Source: Candidatus Cloacimonadales bacterium
GTDB lineage: Bacteria > Cloacimonadota > Cloacimonadia > Cloacimonadales > JAIOQZ01
NCBI GenBank assembly: GCA_963662655.2
Contig: CAXXTU010000002.1
Coordinates: 96,001 to 160,000, forward strand
Direction: 5' to 3'
Length of the DNA stretch: 64,000 bases
The notes under the pieces were generated by a model that was not told the DNA's origin, did not search any database, and saw only the letters and a list, made by a program, of their open reading frames with translations. Within the stretch, counting starts at the first letter, position 1; each line of letters starts with the position of its first letter. Both the position numbers and the translations under genes were made by a program. This document shows positions 47,547-57,851 of the stretch, in pieces.

Positions 47547-48932
47547 ATGAACATGAACTGGAAAAATCAAAAAATTACGATCATTGGCGCGGCACGCAGC
47601 GGGATTGCTGCGGCCGACAAACTGACGAAAATGGGAGCTTCGGTTCTGCTTTCTGAATCGAAGGCCGAGAAGGACATTTCGGATGCCGCGAATCTCCGGG
47701 AGCGCTTTGCATGCGAATTCGGTGGACACACAGAAAAAGCGCTCGACGCGGATTTGATGATTGTCAGTCCGGGTGTACCCGGAAGCGCTCCGATCCTGAA
47801 GGAAGCCGCCCTGAAGAACATCGAGATCATCAGCGAAATCGAACTCGGCTTTCGTATCAAGCACGAGTCCAGCCGGATTATCGCGGTTACAGGTTCCAAT
47901 GGAAAGAGCACGACGGCTACGCTGATCGCGCATATCATGAGGGAAAAGGATTTTAACACGATTCTGGCCGGCAACATCGGTCAGGCGTTCACCTCGTTCC
48001 CCATCGAAGAGCCGGGAATCGATTTCATCGTGCTGGAAATCAGTAGTTTCCAGCTCGAAAAAATCAAGGATTTCCGTCCCGATGTGGCGGTTCTGCTCAA
48101 CATCACCCCGGATCACCTGAACCGGTACGATTCCTTCGAGCACTACGCGCTTACAAAGATCGACATCACGCGCAATCAGAAGAAGGACGACTTCGCGGTG
48201 ATCTCGGGCGACGACCCCATCATCGGACAATATGCGCACTTCATCCACTCGAAGAAGCTCCTCTTCTCGATGGAAAAGTGCGAGAAGAAGTCGAGCTGCT
48301 TCCGTGATGGAGAAATCTATTTCGACGAAAGCGTTTTCTGTGAATCGTTCACGCTGAATCCGAAGAAGATGAATCTGATCGGGCCGCACAATATTGCCAA
48401 CGTTATGGCTTCCGTGCTCGCGACGTTACCCTTCAAGAAATCGTGGCTTCGTCCTGCGTTCCATCCGGAGTTGATCCAGGACGCGGTATCGAAGTTCAAG
48501 CCGCTGGAGCACCGGCTGGAGGGCGTTCGTACCATTGGAAACATAGAATTCATCAACGATTCCAAGGCAACGAACAGCGATTCGGTTCGCTATGCTCTGC
48601 AATCGTTCGAGAAGCCGATTCGCATCATCATGGGCGGCTCGGAAAAGGGTGAGAATTACTCCATCCTGAAGATGTATGCCAGACCGAATGTGAAAAAGGC
48701 GTACCTCATTGGGCAAACCGCAGACAAGATCGCAAGCGACCTTGCGCCGGACGTGATTTGTGAGAAATACAATAGCCTGAAGGAAGCCGTCGAAGCAGCG
48801 TATCGCGATGCTTCGGAAGGTGAGGTGGTTCTGCTCTCACCGGCGTGCGCCAGCTACGATATGTTCGACAACTTCGAGGACAGGGGCAGGAAGTTCAAGC
48901 AAATAGTCGCGGAGCTGAGCGAAAAGGAATAA
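47547..48932 (+). CDS. murD: UDP-MurNAc-L-Ala--D-glutamate ligase
   Basis: G.ARSG, SPGV, GSNGKSTT, EISSFQL, DHL.RY, HRLE, NDSKATN, SPACAS.D.F. Confidence 0.97.
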   Translation: MNMNWKNQKITIIGAARSGIAAADKLTKMGASVLLSESKAEKDISDAANLRERFACEFGGHTEKALDADLMIVSPGVPGSAPILKEAALKNIEIISEIELGFRIKHESSRIIAVTGSNGKSTTATLIAHIMREKDFNTILAGNIGQAFTSFPIEEPGIDFIVLEISSFQLEKIKDFRPDVAVLLNITPDHLNRYDSFEHYALTKIDITRNQKKDDFAVISGDDPIIGQYAHFIHSKKLLFSMEKCEKKSSCFRDGEIYFDESVFCESFTLNPKKMNLIGPHNIANVMASVLATLPFKKSWLRPAFHPELIQDAVSKFKPLEHRLEGVRTIGNIEFINDSKATNSDSVRYALQSFEKPIRIIMGGSEKGENYSILKMYARPNVKKAYLIGQTADKIASDLAPDVICEKYNSLKEAVEAAYRDASEGEVVLLSPACASYDMFDNFEDRGRKFKQIVAELSEKE

Positions 48933-48935
48933 CGA

Positions 48936-50117
48936 ATGGAAAGCGTGATCAACACCGAAATCAAAGCGGACAAGCCATCCAAGACCTACATCGTCTCGTA
49001 CGATCACTTGTTGCTCGCATGCTATGTGGCGCTGTGTCTGATCGGCTTGTTTGTGATGCTGGACATCAATTCGGTGCGTTCGGGATTGCGATTCTTCTAT
49101 CGTCACCTGATTTTCCTCGGGTTCTCGACGGTCGTGATGTTCCTCACGTTTCGATTCCGGAATCTGTCAAAGCTGCGCAAATGGATATTCCCCTCCATCG
49201 TCGGAGTGATGATCCTGCTGGTGCTGGTTCTGATTATCGGTGCGTCGGTAAAAGGCGCTACGAGAAGCATTCGCCTCGGGCCGATCAACCTTCAGCCGAG
49301 TCTATTGGCGAGAGTCTGCCTGGTGTTCTACTTTGCGCACATTCTGGACAAGAAGAAGGATATAATACCCAAATCCGGGCCGAAAGGGTTCATCAAGAAT
49401 TTCAAATCGCTGATCATCATGCCGATCCTGGTTTTTGGACTCATCCTGGCCGAAAGGCATCTGAGTCCGCTGATCATCTCCGGAATGACGCTTCTGGGGA
49501 TGCTCTGGATCGCACGGATACGTCTCACGACCATTTTGCTGATCATGGCAATATTGTTTGCTGGAGGAATTACGGTACTCTCGTTTGGGGCGAAGTATCG
49601 CAGCTCGCGTATGGAGATTTTCGAGAAATACTCCATCTACAACAAGATTTTTGGCGACAAGGATAAAAATTACGACGGCGTGACGGGTGACTATCAGGTT
49701 CGCGAGAGCCTCACGGCGCTCACCAGCGGAAACCTGATAGGCGTAGGTACCGAAAGCGGACTTGCCAAGCACTACTATCTGCCCGAGACGCGCACCGACT
49801 ATATCTACTCCATCATCGGAGAGGAATTCGGCTATTTGGGCGCGCTCGCCGTGCTGCTGATTTTCTCGCTGCTGTTCTATCGAAGCATGAACAGCTCGTG
49901 GAATCAGGAGGACTTCTTCCTGAAGATGGTGGGGATCGGCCTTTCCATCAACATCTTCGCCAACGCGATGGTCAACATCGGCGTGGCGATGTCGGCGCTG
50001 CCCTCGACGGGTGTGACGCTTCCTTTCATAAGCTATGGCGGGACTTCACTCATCGTGAACTCCTTCTCGATAGGAGTCATCCTGAACATCAGCTCGAAAA
50101 GAAGGCAGGTATGGTAA
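48936..50117 (+). CDS. ftsW: SEDS peptidoglycan glycosyltransferase FtsW
   Basis: GATR.I, QPS, YLPE..TDYI.SIIGEE.G, TGVTLPFISYGGTS. Confidence 0.93.
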   Translation: MESVINTEIKADKPSKTYIVSYDHLLLACYVALCLIGLFVMLDINSVRSGLRFFYRHLIFLGFSTVVMFLTFRFRNLSKLRKWIFPSIVGVMILLVLVLIIGASVKGATRSIRLGPINLQPSLLARVCLVFYFAHILDKKKDIIPKSGPKGFIKNFKSLIIMPILVFGLILAERHLSPLIISGMTLLGMLWIARIRLTTILLIMAILFAGGITVLSFGAKYRSSRMEIFEKYSIYNKIFGDKDKNYDGVTGDYQVRESLTALTSGNLIGVGTESGLAKHYYLPETRTDYIYSIIGEEFGYLGALAVLLIFSLLFYRSMNSSWNQEDFFLKMVGIGLSINIFANAMVNIGVAMSALPSTGVTLPFISYGGTSLIVNSFSIGVILNISSKRRQVW

Positions 50118-51202
50118 AAGTACTTATCGCCGCGGGTGGTACCGGTGGTCACATCATTCCCGCGATCGCTTTGGCGAAAGCCTTCATCGAACGCGACGTG
50201 CAGGTGCTGATGATCGGAAATCGCGATGGAATGGAAGAGAGCCTCTACAAGCGGCATTTGCTCGATTATGCTCTGATCGACGTGCAGAAGATTTACCGCA
50301 GGATGACCTTGGCGCACTTCCGCTTCCCCTGGAAGCTCATGAAGAGCCTGGCGATCTCCATGCGCACCATTTCACGCTTCAAGCCGGATGCGGTTATCGG
50401 CACGGGAAGTTTCGTGACCGGCCCACCTGCACTGGCGGCGATCCTGATGAAGAAGCCGCTGTTCCTGCAAGAGCAGAACAGCTACCCGGGGCTCACCACC
50501 CGCCATTTGGTTCCGTACGCGAGACGCGTTTTCCTGGGGAACCTCGGGGCTATGGCGCATCTTCCGCAGGAGAAATGCTTCTTCAGCGGGAACCCGGTAT
50601 TGCCGTTGGACGAATGTGACGCTGTGCAAATCCCTCGCGACCTCAATCTGCGCGAAGGCACGCTCAAGATGTTCGTGAACGGTGGCAGCCAGGGATCGCA
50701 GCGGATTAACCAGACCGTTGCCAGCGCGGCACAGGATTTGTTGAACAGCGGTATCGATATTATCTGGCAGACCGGCGATCGGGAGTACGACGAGCTGAAG
50801 AAGCGGTTTGACGGCGTCCTCGGGATGCATCTGTTCGGGTTTACAGATGCCATGAGATATTATTACGGGCAAGCCGATTTCGTGCTGGGAAGAGCCGGCG
50901 CCATCACGCTTGCCGAACTCGAAACGATGAAGCTTCCGTCGATACTGGTTCCCCTGCCCACCGCTGCGCATAATCACCAGTACTACAACGCACTGGAGTT
51001 GAAGGATCGCGGTGTGTCCCTGCTGGTGCGCCAGAAGGGGCTCAATGTGGACAGCCTTCTGCAGGCCGTTCGGCAGATCGCGTCGAATCTCGGCGATATG
51101 AGAGCCAGATTCGGCGATTCGCCGCATCCCCGGGCAGCTAACCTGATCGCGGAAGTGATTTTGCAAGTTTTAAAGGATGAAGAAAATGTTCGGATCGACT
51201 AA
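50111..51202 (+). CDS. murG: Lipid II GlcNAc transferase
   Basis: AAGGTGGHI.P, EQN..PG, GNP, GGSQG, RAGA.T..E, HQ..NA. Confidence 0.96.
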   Translation: MVKVLIAAGGTGGHIIPAIALAKAFIERDVQVLMIGNRDGMEESLYKRHLLDYALIDVQKIYRRMTLAHFRFPWKLMKSLAISMRTISRFKPDAVIGTGSFVTGPPALAAILMKKPLFLQEQNSYPGLTTRHLVPYARRVFLGNLGAMAHLPQEKCFFSGNPVLPLDECDAVQIPRDLNLREGTLKMFVNGGSQGSQRINQTVASAAQDLLNSGIDIIWQTGDREYDELKKRFDGVLGMHLFGFTDAMRYYYGQADFVLGRAGAITLAELETMKLPSILVPLPTAAHNHQYYNALELKDRGVSLLVRQKGLNVDSLLQAVRQIASNLGDMRARFGDSPHPRAANLIAEVILQVLKDEENVRID

Positions 51203-52547
51203 GAAAGTACATTTCGTTGGAATCGGAGGCATCGGCATGAGCGGAATCGCCGAGCTTCTGCACAATCAGGGTTTTGAAATAACCGGATCCGACATGCGCG
51301 ATTCCGAGATGACTCGCCACTTGAGCGAGATCGGAATCGGCGTGAGGATCGGGCACGATCCCGACGTCGTTATCGACGCGGACGTGGTGGTTAAGTCCTC
51401 CGCCGTGACGAACGACAATCCCGAAATCCAAAGTGCAATGTCCCGCAAGATTCCGGTGATTCGGCGAGCCGAGATGCTGGCGGAGATTACCCGCATGAGC
51501 TATGGAATCGGCATCGCGGGTACGCATGGTAAAACCACCACCACCTCGATGGTGGGACTGGTTCTCAAGGCTGCCGGACTCGATCCGACGATCATCGTCG
51601 GCGGCAAGGTGAAGAATTTCGGTTCGAACAATCTCCTGGGTGACGGCAGGTACATCGTGGTGGAAGCGGACGAGTTCGATCAATCGTTCCTCTCGCTCAC
51701 GCCGATCATTGCCGGTGTCACCAACATCGACGCGGATCATCTCGACTGCTATCCCGATCTGGACGGCATCAAGAGCGCGTTCGTGCAATACGCCAACAAG
51801 GTCCCGTTCTTCGGCAGCATCGTTGCCTGCCTGGATGATCCGGGTGTGCAAGCGGTTCTGCCCAAGCTGCATAAAAAAGTGATCACGTATGGACTTTCCC
51901 GCCAGGCGGACGTCCGGGCGATGAACATAGAGATGAAGGATTTCAAGTCGTCGTACGACGTGGTTTTCAAGGGATACACGCTCGGGCGTGTGGAGCTTCA
52001 GGTTCCGGGGAATCACAACATTCTCAATTCCCTGATGGCGGTTGCCATTGCGCTGGACCTGAATCTGGCGTTCGACTCGATTCAGAAGGGGCTGGCGGAT
52101 TACAATGGCGTGTTTCGCAGATTCGAGTATAAAGGCGAGAAGGACGGCGTGCTTGTTTACGACGATTACGCGCATCATCCCACCGAAATCGAAGCGACGC
52201 TGAAGGGAATCCGCGCAAACACCGATCGCAGACTGGTGGTCGCGTTCCAGCCACACCTCTTCTCGAGGACGCGGGATTTCCACCGCGAGTTCGGGAGATC
52301 GTTCTTCCAGTCGGATGTCCTGCTGATCGCGCCGATCTATCCGGCACGCGAAAAGCCCATCGAGGGCGTCACCGGAAAATTGATCGCCAATGCCGCGATT
52401 CAATCGGGACACAAGAATGTGCATTATATCGAAAATAATGAAGAGATCGTTGCGGCGATGAAGAACATCGTGAAGAAGGACGACATCCTCATCACGATGG
52501 GCGCCGGCTCGATCTGGCAATATGGCGAAGATTTTTTAAAAGGCTGA
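51177..52547 (+). CDS. murC: UDP-MurNAc--L-alanine ligase
   Basis: GIGGIGMS, GTHGKTTT, EADE, DHLD, DDYAHHPTE, FQPH..SRT. Confidence 0.97.
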   Translation: MKKMFGSTKKVHFVGIGGIGMSGIAELLHNQGFEITGSDMRDSEMTRHLSEIGIGVRIGHDPDVVIDADVVVKSSAVTNDNPEIQSAMSRKIPVIRRAEMLAEITRMSYGIGIAGTHGKTTTTSMVGLVLKAAGLDPTIIVGGKVKNFGSNNLLGDGRYIVVEADEFDQSFLSLTPIIAGVTNIDADHLDCYPDLDGIKSAFVQYANKVPFFGSIVACLDDPGVQAVLPKLHKKVITYGLSRQADVRAMNIEMKDFKSSYDVVFKGYTLGRVELQVPGNHNILNSLMAVAIALDLNLAFDSIQKGLADYNGVFRRFEYKGEKDGVLVYDDYAHHPTEIEATLKGIRANTDRRLVVAFQPHLFSRTRDFHREFGRSFFQSDVLLIAPIYPAREKPIEGVTGKLIANAAIQSGHKNVHYIENNEEIVAAMKNIVKKDDILITMGAGSIWQYGEDFLKG

Positions 52548-52550
52548 TTC

Positions 52551-53417
52551 ATGGATGTGAAACAGGTTCTGGACAGGGTAACGCTCGATGATGTGCAACT
52601 GCGGGATTATTCCCACATCTGCATCGGGGGAAGCGCGCGAAGAATTCTTGCGCCCCAATCGATCGACGAGCTGCGTGTCATCATGCCCTGGCTGAGCGAG
52701 CGAGGCTATCTGGCTGTCGGCGGCGCTTCGAACCTGTTGTTTCCCGATTACTACGACGGCTACGTTCTCCTGGACGAGAGGCTTCCGCGGAATGTCGCTT
52801 TCGAGAACGGCGTGGTGAACGTTACGGCAAACACGAACGTGAACGTCATGCTGATGAAGCTTTCCCTGGTACATGCGGGTGGTTTCGAGTTTCTTGCGGG
52901 GATTCCCGCTCACATCGGTGGGGTTGTTAAAATGAACGCCGGTGCCTACGGGAGATCGATCCAGTCGCTGATTCACTCCATCGAGGTGATCGACGCCGAT
53001 GGAAAGCGCGGCATCCTTGCTGTCGACGAGGTGCGCTTCGGCTACAGAACGTCTTCGCTGACGGAGTACATCGTATCGGTGAACATGCTCCCCGAGGAGA
53101 AAGATCATAACATGATTCTGGACGATGTTCGAAGAAATATCGCCTCCAGAAGGGCGTCGCAACCGCTCCAGCTTCCCAACCTGGGTTGCATTTTCAAGAA
53201 TCCGCCTTATGAATCGGCGGGAAAGCTGATCGACGAGTGCGGATTGAAGGGCCACCGGATCGGTGACGCGATGGTGAGCGACGTCCATGCGAATTTTATC
53301 GTGAACATGGGAAAGGCCAATTACGCCGACGTGATGAAGCTGATCGACCATATTCGTGAAGTCGTGAGCAGCGAACGGGGAATTGAATTGGAACTTGAGA
53401 TAGAGGTTGTAAGATAA
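52551..53417 (+). CDS. murB: UDP-N-acetylenolpyruvoylglucosamine reductase
   Basis: GG.SNLL, GIP..GG...MNAGAYG, F.YR.S, G..FKNP, HANF.VN. Confidence 0.93.
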   Translation: MDVKQVLDRVTLDDVQLRDYSHICIGGSARRILAPQSIDELRVIMPWLSERGYLAVGGASNLLFPDYYDGYVLLDERLPRNVAFENGVVNVTANTNVNVMLMKLSLVHAGGFEFLAGIPAHIGGVVKMNAGAYGRSIQSLIHSIEVIDADGKRGILAVDEVRFGYRTSSLTEYIVSVNMLPEEKDHNMILDDVRRNIASRRASQPLQLPNLGCIFKNPPYESAGKLIDECGLKGHRIGDAMVSDVHANFIVNMGKANYADVMKLIDHIREVVSSERGIELELEIEVVR

Positions 53418-54166
53418 TGAGAAGAAAACGCCGAGGCAACAGCCGGTATTTCATCGCTTTTTTAATCGGAATGGTATTCGTGGGCATCTTGTTCTTTGTA
53501 GCGCATTACTTTTTCCGGTCGATGGAGTTTTTCAACATCGACAAGATCGAGATCGCCGGTTACCAGAATCTCGGGAAGGATTTCTACGAGGATCTGGCGA
53601 AGGAATACTACGGGATCAATCTGTTTTCGATCAGCAAGGACGAAATTATCGCCAAGTACGAGAACATCGTGCGGGTGAGAAACGTGAGCGTATCACGGGT
53701 GCTTCCCGGCAAGCTGAAAATCACGATTGAAGAGCGTCTTGCCGTGCTGCACATCAAGACTTCCGACGGCGTTCTGTTTCCTGTCGACCGCGAGATGATC
53801 GTGCTGGACAGCGAGGGATCGTATATAGCTGAAGATACCCCCATCGTGAGCCTTGACATCCCATCCGGCAGTATTCAACTTGGCGATGAACTGAACAACG
53901 ATCTGCTGATGCGGATTTTCACGCTTCACACGAAAATCAGCGGAATGAGTAGCGATATCGCGCTCATGATTTCGGAGTATTATTTGCAGGACGGCGAGAT
54001 TTGCCTCGTGGAGGCGTCCTCAGGCTGTCTTGTCTACTTGGGAGAAGGTCAACTCGAAGAAAAATTGCATCGGCTTGAATTCTTCGGTGATAATAAAGGT
54101 TTTATGGACAATACGGTTCTGGACCTGCGATACAAGGACCAGATCGTTGCGAGAATGGGGGACTGA
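53417..54166 (+). CDS. ftsQ: Cell division protein FtsQ/DivIB
   Basis: Basic tail, TM, POTRA (I..I.I.G...V.R.LP..L.I.I.ER), terminal DLRY..Q. Confidence 0.85.
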   Translation: MRRKRRGNSRYFIAFLIGMVFVGILFFVAHYFFRSMEFFNIDKIEIAGYQNLGKDFYEDLAKEYYGINLFSISKDEIIAKYENIVRVRNVSVSRVLPGKLKITIEERLAVLHIKTSDGVLFPVDREMIVLDSEGSYIAEDTPIVSLDIPSGSIQLGDELNNDLLMRIFTLHTKISGMSSDIALMISEYYLQDGEICLVEASSGCLVYLGEGQLEEKLHRLEFFGDNKGFMDNTVLDLRYKDQIVARMGD

Positions 54167-55446
54167 TGAAAGTACCGACATCGATAACAGCGCTGGACAT
54201 CGGCACAACCAAGATTTGTGCAATTATAGCCGTTCCCAGAGGCAAGGGAGAGCTTGAAGTCAAAGGAATCGGCATCTCCGAATCGAACGGATTGGAGAAG
54301 GGTATTGTAAAGGACATCCAGCGGACGGCGGACTCGATTAAGCAGGCGATCACCGAAGCGGAAGAGGCTGCGGACATGAAGGCCGGAGCAATTTACGCAG
54401 GGATAGCAGGCGAGCACATCAAGAGCCGCAATGCCATCGGACGAATCTCCGTCTCCGATTCCAGTGGGAAAGATCCGACAGAGATCAACGAAGAGCACAT
54501 CCAGGCTGTGATCAACGACGCCAAGAGGACTGTGAAAATCCAGCAGGGACACGAGAATCTGGAGATCATCCACGGGATCCCGCAGTACTACGATATCGAT
54601 AACCAGAACGGCATTATGAATCCCATCAGCATGAGCGGATTTCATCTGACGGCGCACGTTCACGTGGTTCTGGCCGACATAAACGCCATCCGCAACGTGC
54701 TCAAGTGCATCGAACTCGCCGGATACGAAGCCGACGACATCGTTCTCGAACCGCTCGCTTCCGCTATGGCGGTGCTCAACCGCGACGAGAAAGACCTCGG
54801 TTGCATCCTGCTCGATATCGGTGGCGGAACATCAGATATCGCCGTGTTCTACAAGGGGAGCATCCGCTTCAGCACCGTGAAGCCCATTGGTGGGGAGAAT
54901 GTGACCCAGGATCTGGCTATCGGGCTCCGTACGCCGCTCAAATCGGCAGAGGATATAAAGATCAACTTCGGCGACGCGCTTTCCAATACCGTCGACGAGG
55001 AAGCGATGGTGGAAATCCAGGGAATCGGCGGTCGCAACGGAACGACGAAGAAACTGAAGTTTATCTCGGAGATCGTGGAATCGCGGATGCGCGAAATTCT
55101 CGAGCTTTCCTATCGAACCGTATTCAACAGTTACAACGAGAATTTGATGACTGCCGGCGTGGTAATCACGGGTGGCGCTGCGCTGCTCCGGAACATGGAA
55201 CAATTAGCGCTGGAAATCTTCAACGTTCCGGTGAAGATCGGCTATCCCGATCTCTCCCGGCTGAGCGGTCCCACGGCGAGGCTCGAATCTCCGATGTTCT
55301 CGACGAGCGTGGGGCTCTTGTACTATGCCGCCAGCCTGATGCCGCAGGACAAGCCGCTCAATTCGCGGAAGGTAACGAGCTTCAATCAGCAGATTCTCAA
55401 GACGATCAAGAAGTTGTATCAGAAATTTTACGATGACTTTGCTTAA
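54166..55446 (+). CDS. ftsA: Cell division protein FtsA
   Basis: ALDIGTTKI, LDIGGGT.D, GG..VT.D, V.TGG.A.L. Confidence 0.97.
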   Translation: MKVPTSITALDIGTTKICAIIAVPRGKGELEVKGIGISESNGLEKGIVKDIQRTADSIKQAITEAEEAADMKAGAIYAGIAGEHIKSRNAIGRISVSDSSGKDPTEINEEHIQAVINDAKRTVKIQQGHENLEIIHGIPQYYDIDNQNGIMNPISMSGFHLTAHVHVVLADINAIRNVLKCIELAGYEADDIVLEPLASAMAVLNRDEKDLGCILLDIGGGTSDIAVFYKGSIRFSTVKPIGGENVTQDLAIGLRTPLKSAEDIKINFGDALSNTVDEEAMVEIQGIGGRNGTTKKLKFISEIVESRMREILELSYRTVFNSYNENLMTAGVVITGGAALLRNMEQLALEIFNVPVKIGYPDLSRLSGPTARLESPMFSTSVGLLYYAASLMPQDKPLNSRKVTSFNQQILKTIKKLYQKFYDDFA

Positions 55447-55471
55447 CAGTAAATAAATACAGGGGGTTACT

Positions 55472-56650
55472 ATGCTCGAACTTGCTATGGACAAATCGGC
55501 CGACACCATTATCAAGATCGTGGGCGTTGGCGGAGGCGGCGGAAACGCCATTAACACCATGATCAACAACGGACTGACAGGCGTTGAATTCATCGCCGCG
55601 AACACGGACGGAAAGGATCTTCGAAAATCGAAAGCGCCCATCAAAATCCAGCTTGGGCAGAAGAAAACACAGGGCCTCGGAACCGGTGCGAATCCTTCCA
55701 TCGGCGAGGAATCCGCGATAGAATCGACCGACGAGATTCGCAAAGCGCTCCAGGGCTCGGAAATGCTTTTTATCGCTGCCGGAATGGGTGGTGGAACAGG
55801 AACCGGAGGAGCTCCGGTGATTGCTTCAATAGCGCGTGAGATGGGTATTCTCACGATGGGAATCGTTACGCGCCCGTTCAGCTTTGAAGGTACGCACCGC
55901 AAGAAAAACGCGGACGGCGGCATCATGAAGCTCAGAGAAAACGTCGATACACTGATCGTGATCCCCAACGAGAAGCTGCGTGAGATTTACAAGGACATGG
56001 CGATTCTGGAGGCATTCCAGAAAGCGGACAACGTTCTTTCCGACGCAGCCAAGGCCGTATCCGACATCATCAACCTCAGCGGTTACATCAGTGTCGATTT
56101 CTCCGACGTGAAGACCGTTATGGCGAACATGGGTTACGCCCTCATGGGAACCGGTATCGCCGATGGTGAAAACCGCGCTGTGAACGCAGCCAAGGCCGCT
56201 ATCGCCAATCCGCTTCTCAGCGATATCACGCTGGACGGTTGCAAGGCGACCCTCATCAACGTCACCGCCGGCTACGACATGAAGATGTCCGAGTTCGACG
56301 AAGTATCGCAGGTGATCATCAACGAAACCGGCGAGAACGCGAACATCATCATGGGTCTGGTTATCGACGAGAAGATGACCGACAAGCTGAGTGTGACCAT
56401 CATCGCTACCGGTCTCAGCAACGAATCGGAATTCGGAATTGGCGAATCGGCTGCCGTGAAAGAGATGCCGAAGATTCAAGCCAAGACGGAAGAAGAGAAG
56501 AACGAGCAGCTCGACATCATTTTTGACCGCATCCGCCAGGCGGATTCGGTTGGCCCGGAACTCAAGCGCGATACCGAGAACGAGATGCCGCGTATCCTGA
56601 ACCGTGAGAAGATAGACATTCCTGCATTCATGAGGAAGTTCACCGATTAA
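55472..56650 (+). CDS. ftsZ: Cell division protein FtsZ
   Basis: GVGGGGGNA, AGMGGGTGTG, C-terminal DIPAFMR. Confidence 0.99.
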   Translation: MLELAMDKSADTIIKIVGVGGGGGNAINTMINNGLTGVEFIAANTDGKDLRKSKAPIKIQLGQKKTQGLGTGANPSIGEESAIESTDEIRKALQGSEMLFIAAGMGGGTGTGGAPVIASIAREMGILTMGIVTRPFSFEGTHRKKNADGGIMKLRENVDTLIVIPNEKLREIYKDMAILEAFQKADNVLSDAAKAVSDIINLSGYISVDFSDVKTVMANMGYALMGTGIADGENRAVNAAKAAIANPLLSDITLDGCKATLINVTAGYDMKMSEFDEVSQVIINETGENANIIMGLVIDEKMTDKLSVTIIATGLSNESEFGIGESAAVKEMPKIQAKTEEEKNEQLDIIFDRIRQADSVGPELKRDTENEMPRILNREKIDIPAFMRKFTD

Positions 56651-56666
56651 TATACGGAGGATTGCG

Positions 56667-56777
56667 ATGCTCAGGAAAATCCTTATCTTGTTAGGGATAA
56701 TCGTGGCCTTCAATATGATTATCATACGTAAGAAGAGCGGGATCAATATCTCGTTCGAACATATACCATCCGAATAG
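56667..56777 (+). CDS. 36-aa single-TM microprotein (not in ORF track)
   Basis: GGAGG-N6-ATG; MLRKILILLGIIVAFNMIIIRKKSGINISFEHIPSE*. Confidence 0.6.
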   Translation: MLRKILILLGIIVAFNMIIIRKKSGINISFEHIPSE

Positions 56778-56800
56778 GTTTCAAACTCGGGAGACTGGAT

Positions 56801-57151
56801 ATGAGAAAATTCATGATCAAGGTTCTTGTGATGATGGTGGCGATATATCTGGTTGGGAAGTTCACCAATCTGTATTATATCGGCAACTGGATACCTGCGT
56901 TGTTTGCGGCATTTGTACTCGCGATCGCGAACGCAATCGTAAGGCCCATCATCATTTTGTTGACATTACCCGTGACAATCGTTACCTTAGGTATATTCCT
57001 GTTGTTCATCAACGGCCTGATGCTGATGCTCGCTGCGGCGATTGTGCCGTCGTTTCAAACGTACGGCTGGTTTTCTTCAACGCTGGCTGCATTGATCATT
57101 ACCATCATCAGCGCCGTGATAAACTCATTGATTAAGCCCAGGGAGCAATAA
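56801..57151 (+). CDS. YvlD/DUF360 four-TM 'holin-family' membrane protein
   Basis: N..VRP....LTLP..I.TLG.F...IN..ML. Confidence 0.88.
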   Translation: MRKFMIKVLVMMVAIYLVGKFTNLYYIGNWIPALFAAFVLAIANAIVRPIIILLTLPVTIVTLGIFLLFINGLMLMLAAAIVPSFQTYGWFSSTLAALIITIISAVINSLIKPREQ

Positions 57152-57155
57152 TTTC

Positions 57156-57632
57156 ATGCAAAGTGGTTTACCGGACAACGGTTACTTGATGAGGCCGGGA
57201 TATGCTGTGGTAACCCCCAAACCGCATATCATCTACGGCGTTCTTGGTTCTGCGATGTTCGTTGCATTGTGGGACGAGAAGAAAAAGTATTCCGGGTGCT
57301 GCATGTTTCAGTACGCGAAATCCGCGACGCGTAAGTCGGGCATGTTCGGAGATGTGGCGATACCCAAGCTGGTTAAAACCATGGAGATGGAAGGTTCCTC
57401 GCTCAATGATCTGAAGGCTCACATGCTCGGAGGAGGAGTAAACAGCGAAAGCGGTTGCGGCACTGAGAATCTCATGATCGCCGAAGATATCCTCAAGCGT
57501 TATCAGATAGAGATCATCACCCACGATACGGGTGGGAAACTGGGCAGGAAATTCGTGTATCACACCGAATCGGGTGAAAGCGTTTGCATGAAGGTGCACA
57601 AGATCAGAAAGAAAGACTGGTTTCCTTACTAA
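57156..57632 (+). CDS. cheD: CheD-like protein (catalytic residues altered)
   Basis: L.PG, LGS, L+D, +GD.AI..L, KA...GG, G..N, D.GG..GRK..+....G. Confidence 0.8.
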   Translation: MQSGLPDNGYLMRPGYAVVTPKPHIIYGVLGSAMFVALWDEKKKYSGCCMFQYAKSATRKSGMFGDVAIPKLVKTMEMEGSSLNDLKAHMLGGGVNSESGCGTENLMIAEDILKRYQIEIITHDTGGKLGRKFVYHTESGESVCMKVHKIRKKDWFPY

Positions 57633-57657
57633 CATACCTTTCAATAACCATTTTCTG

Positions 57658-57690
57658 AAGCCGGGTTGTAGCGACCCGGCTTTCTCTTTT
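57658..57690 (+). terminator. Terminator after cheD
   Basis: AAGCCGGGT/ACCCGGCTT stem followed by TCTCTTTT. Confidence 0.65.
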
Positions 57691-57730
57691 CCACGGTCCC
57701 GCACACAAGAATTGTGTCGTTCGCATTCCC

Positions 57731-57851
57731 GCGCTCGGGGGCGGCGTAGGAAGTCCGGAGGACTTCCTGATTCAGCCGATCCATTTCAAACGTACTGTTA
57801 GAAATGGATCGGCTGAATCGTGCGCGGAGCGCACACGCCGCCCCCGGGCGC
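57731..57851. repeat. Four-way-junction palindromic element, copy B
   Basis: 17-bp outer stem (one G.T) 57731-57747/57835-57851; AGGAAGTCC-GGA-GGACTTCCT; 19-bp arm 57769-57787/57801-57819; GTGCGC-GGA-GCGCAC; no unpaired junction bases. Confidence 0.88.

Noticed and set aside
56801..57151. Holin-family gene as a prophage sign
   Set aside because: YvlD-type genes are commonly chromosomal; no phage genes around it
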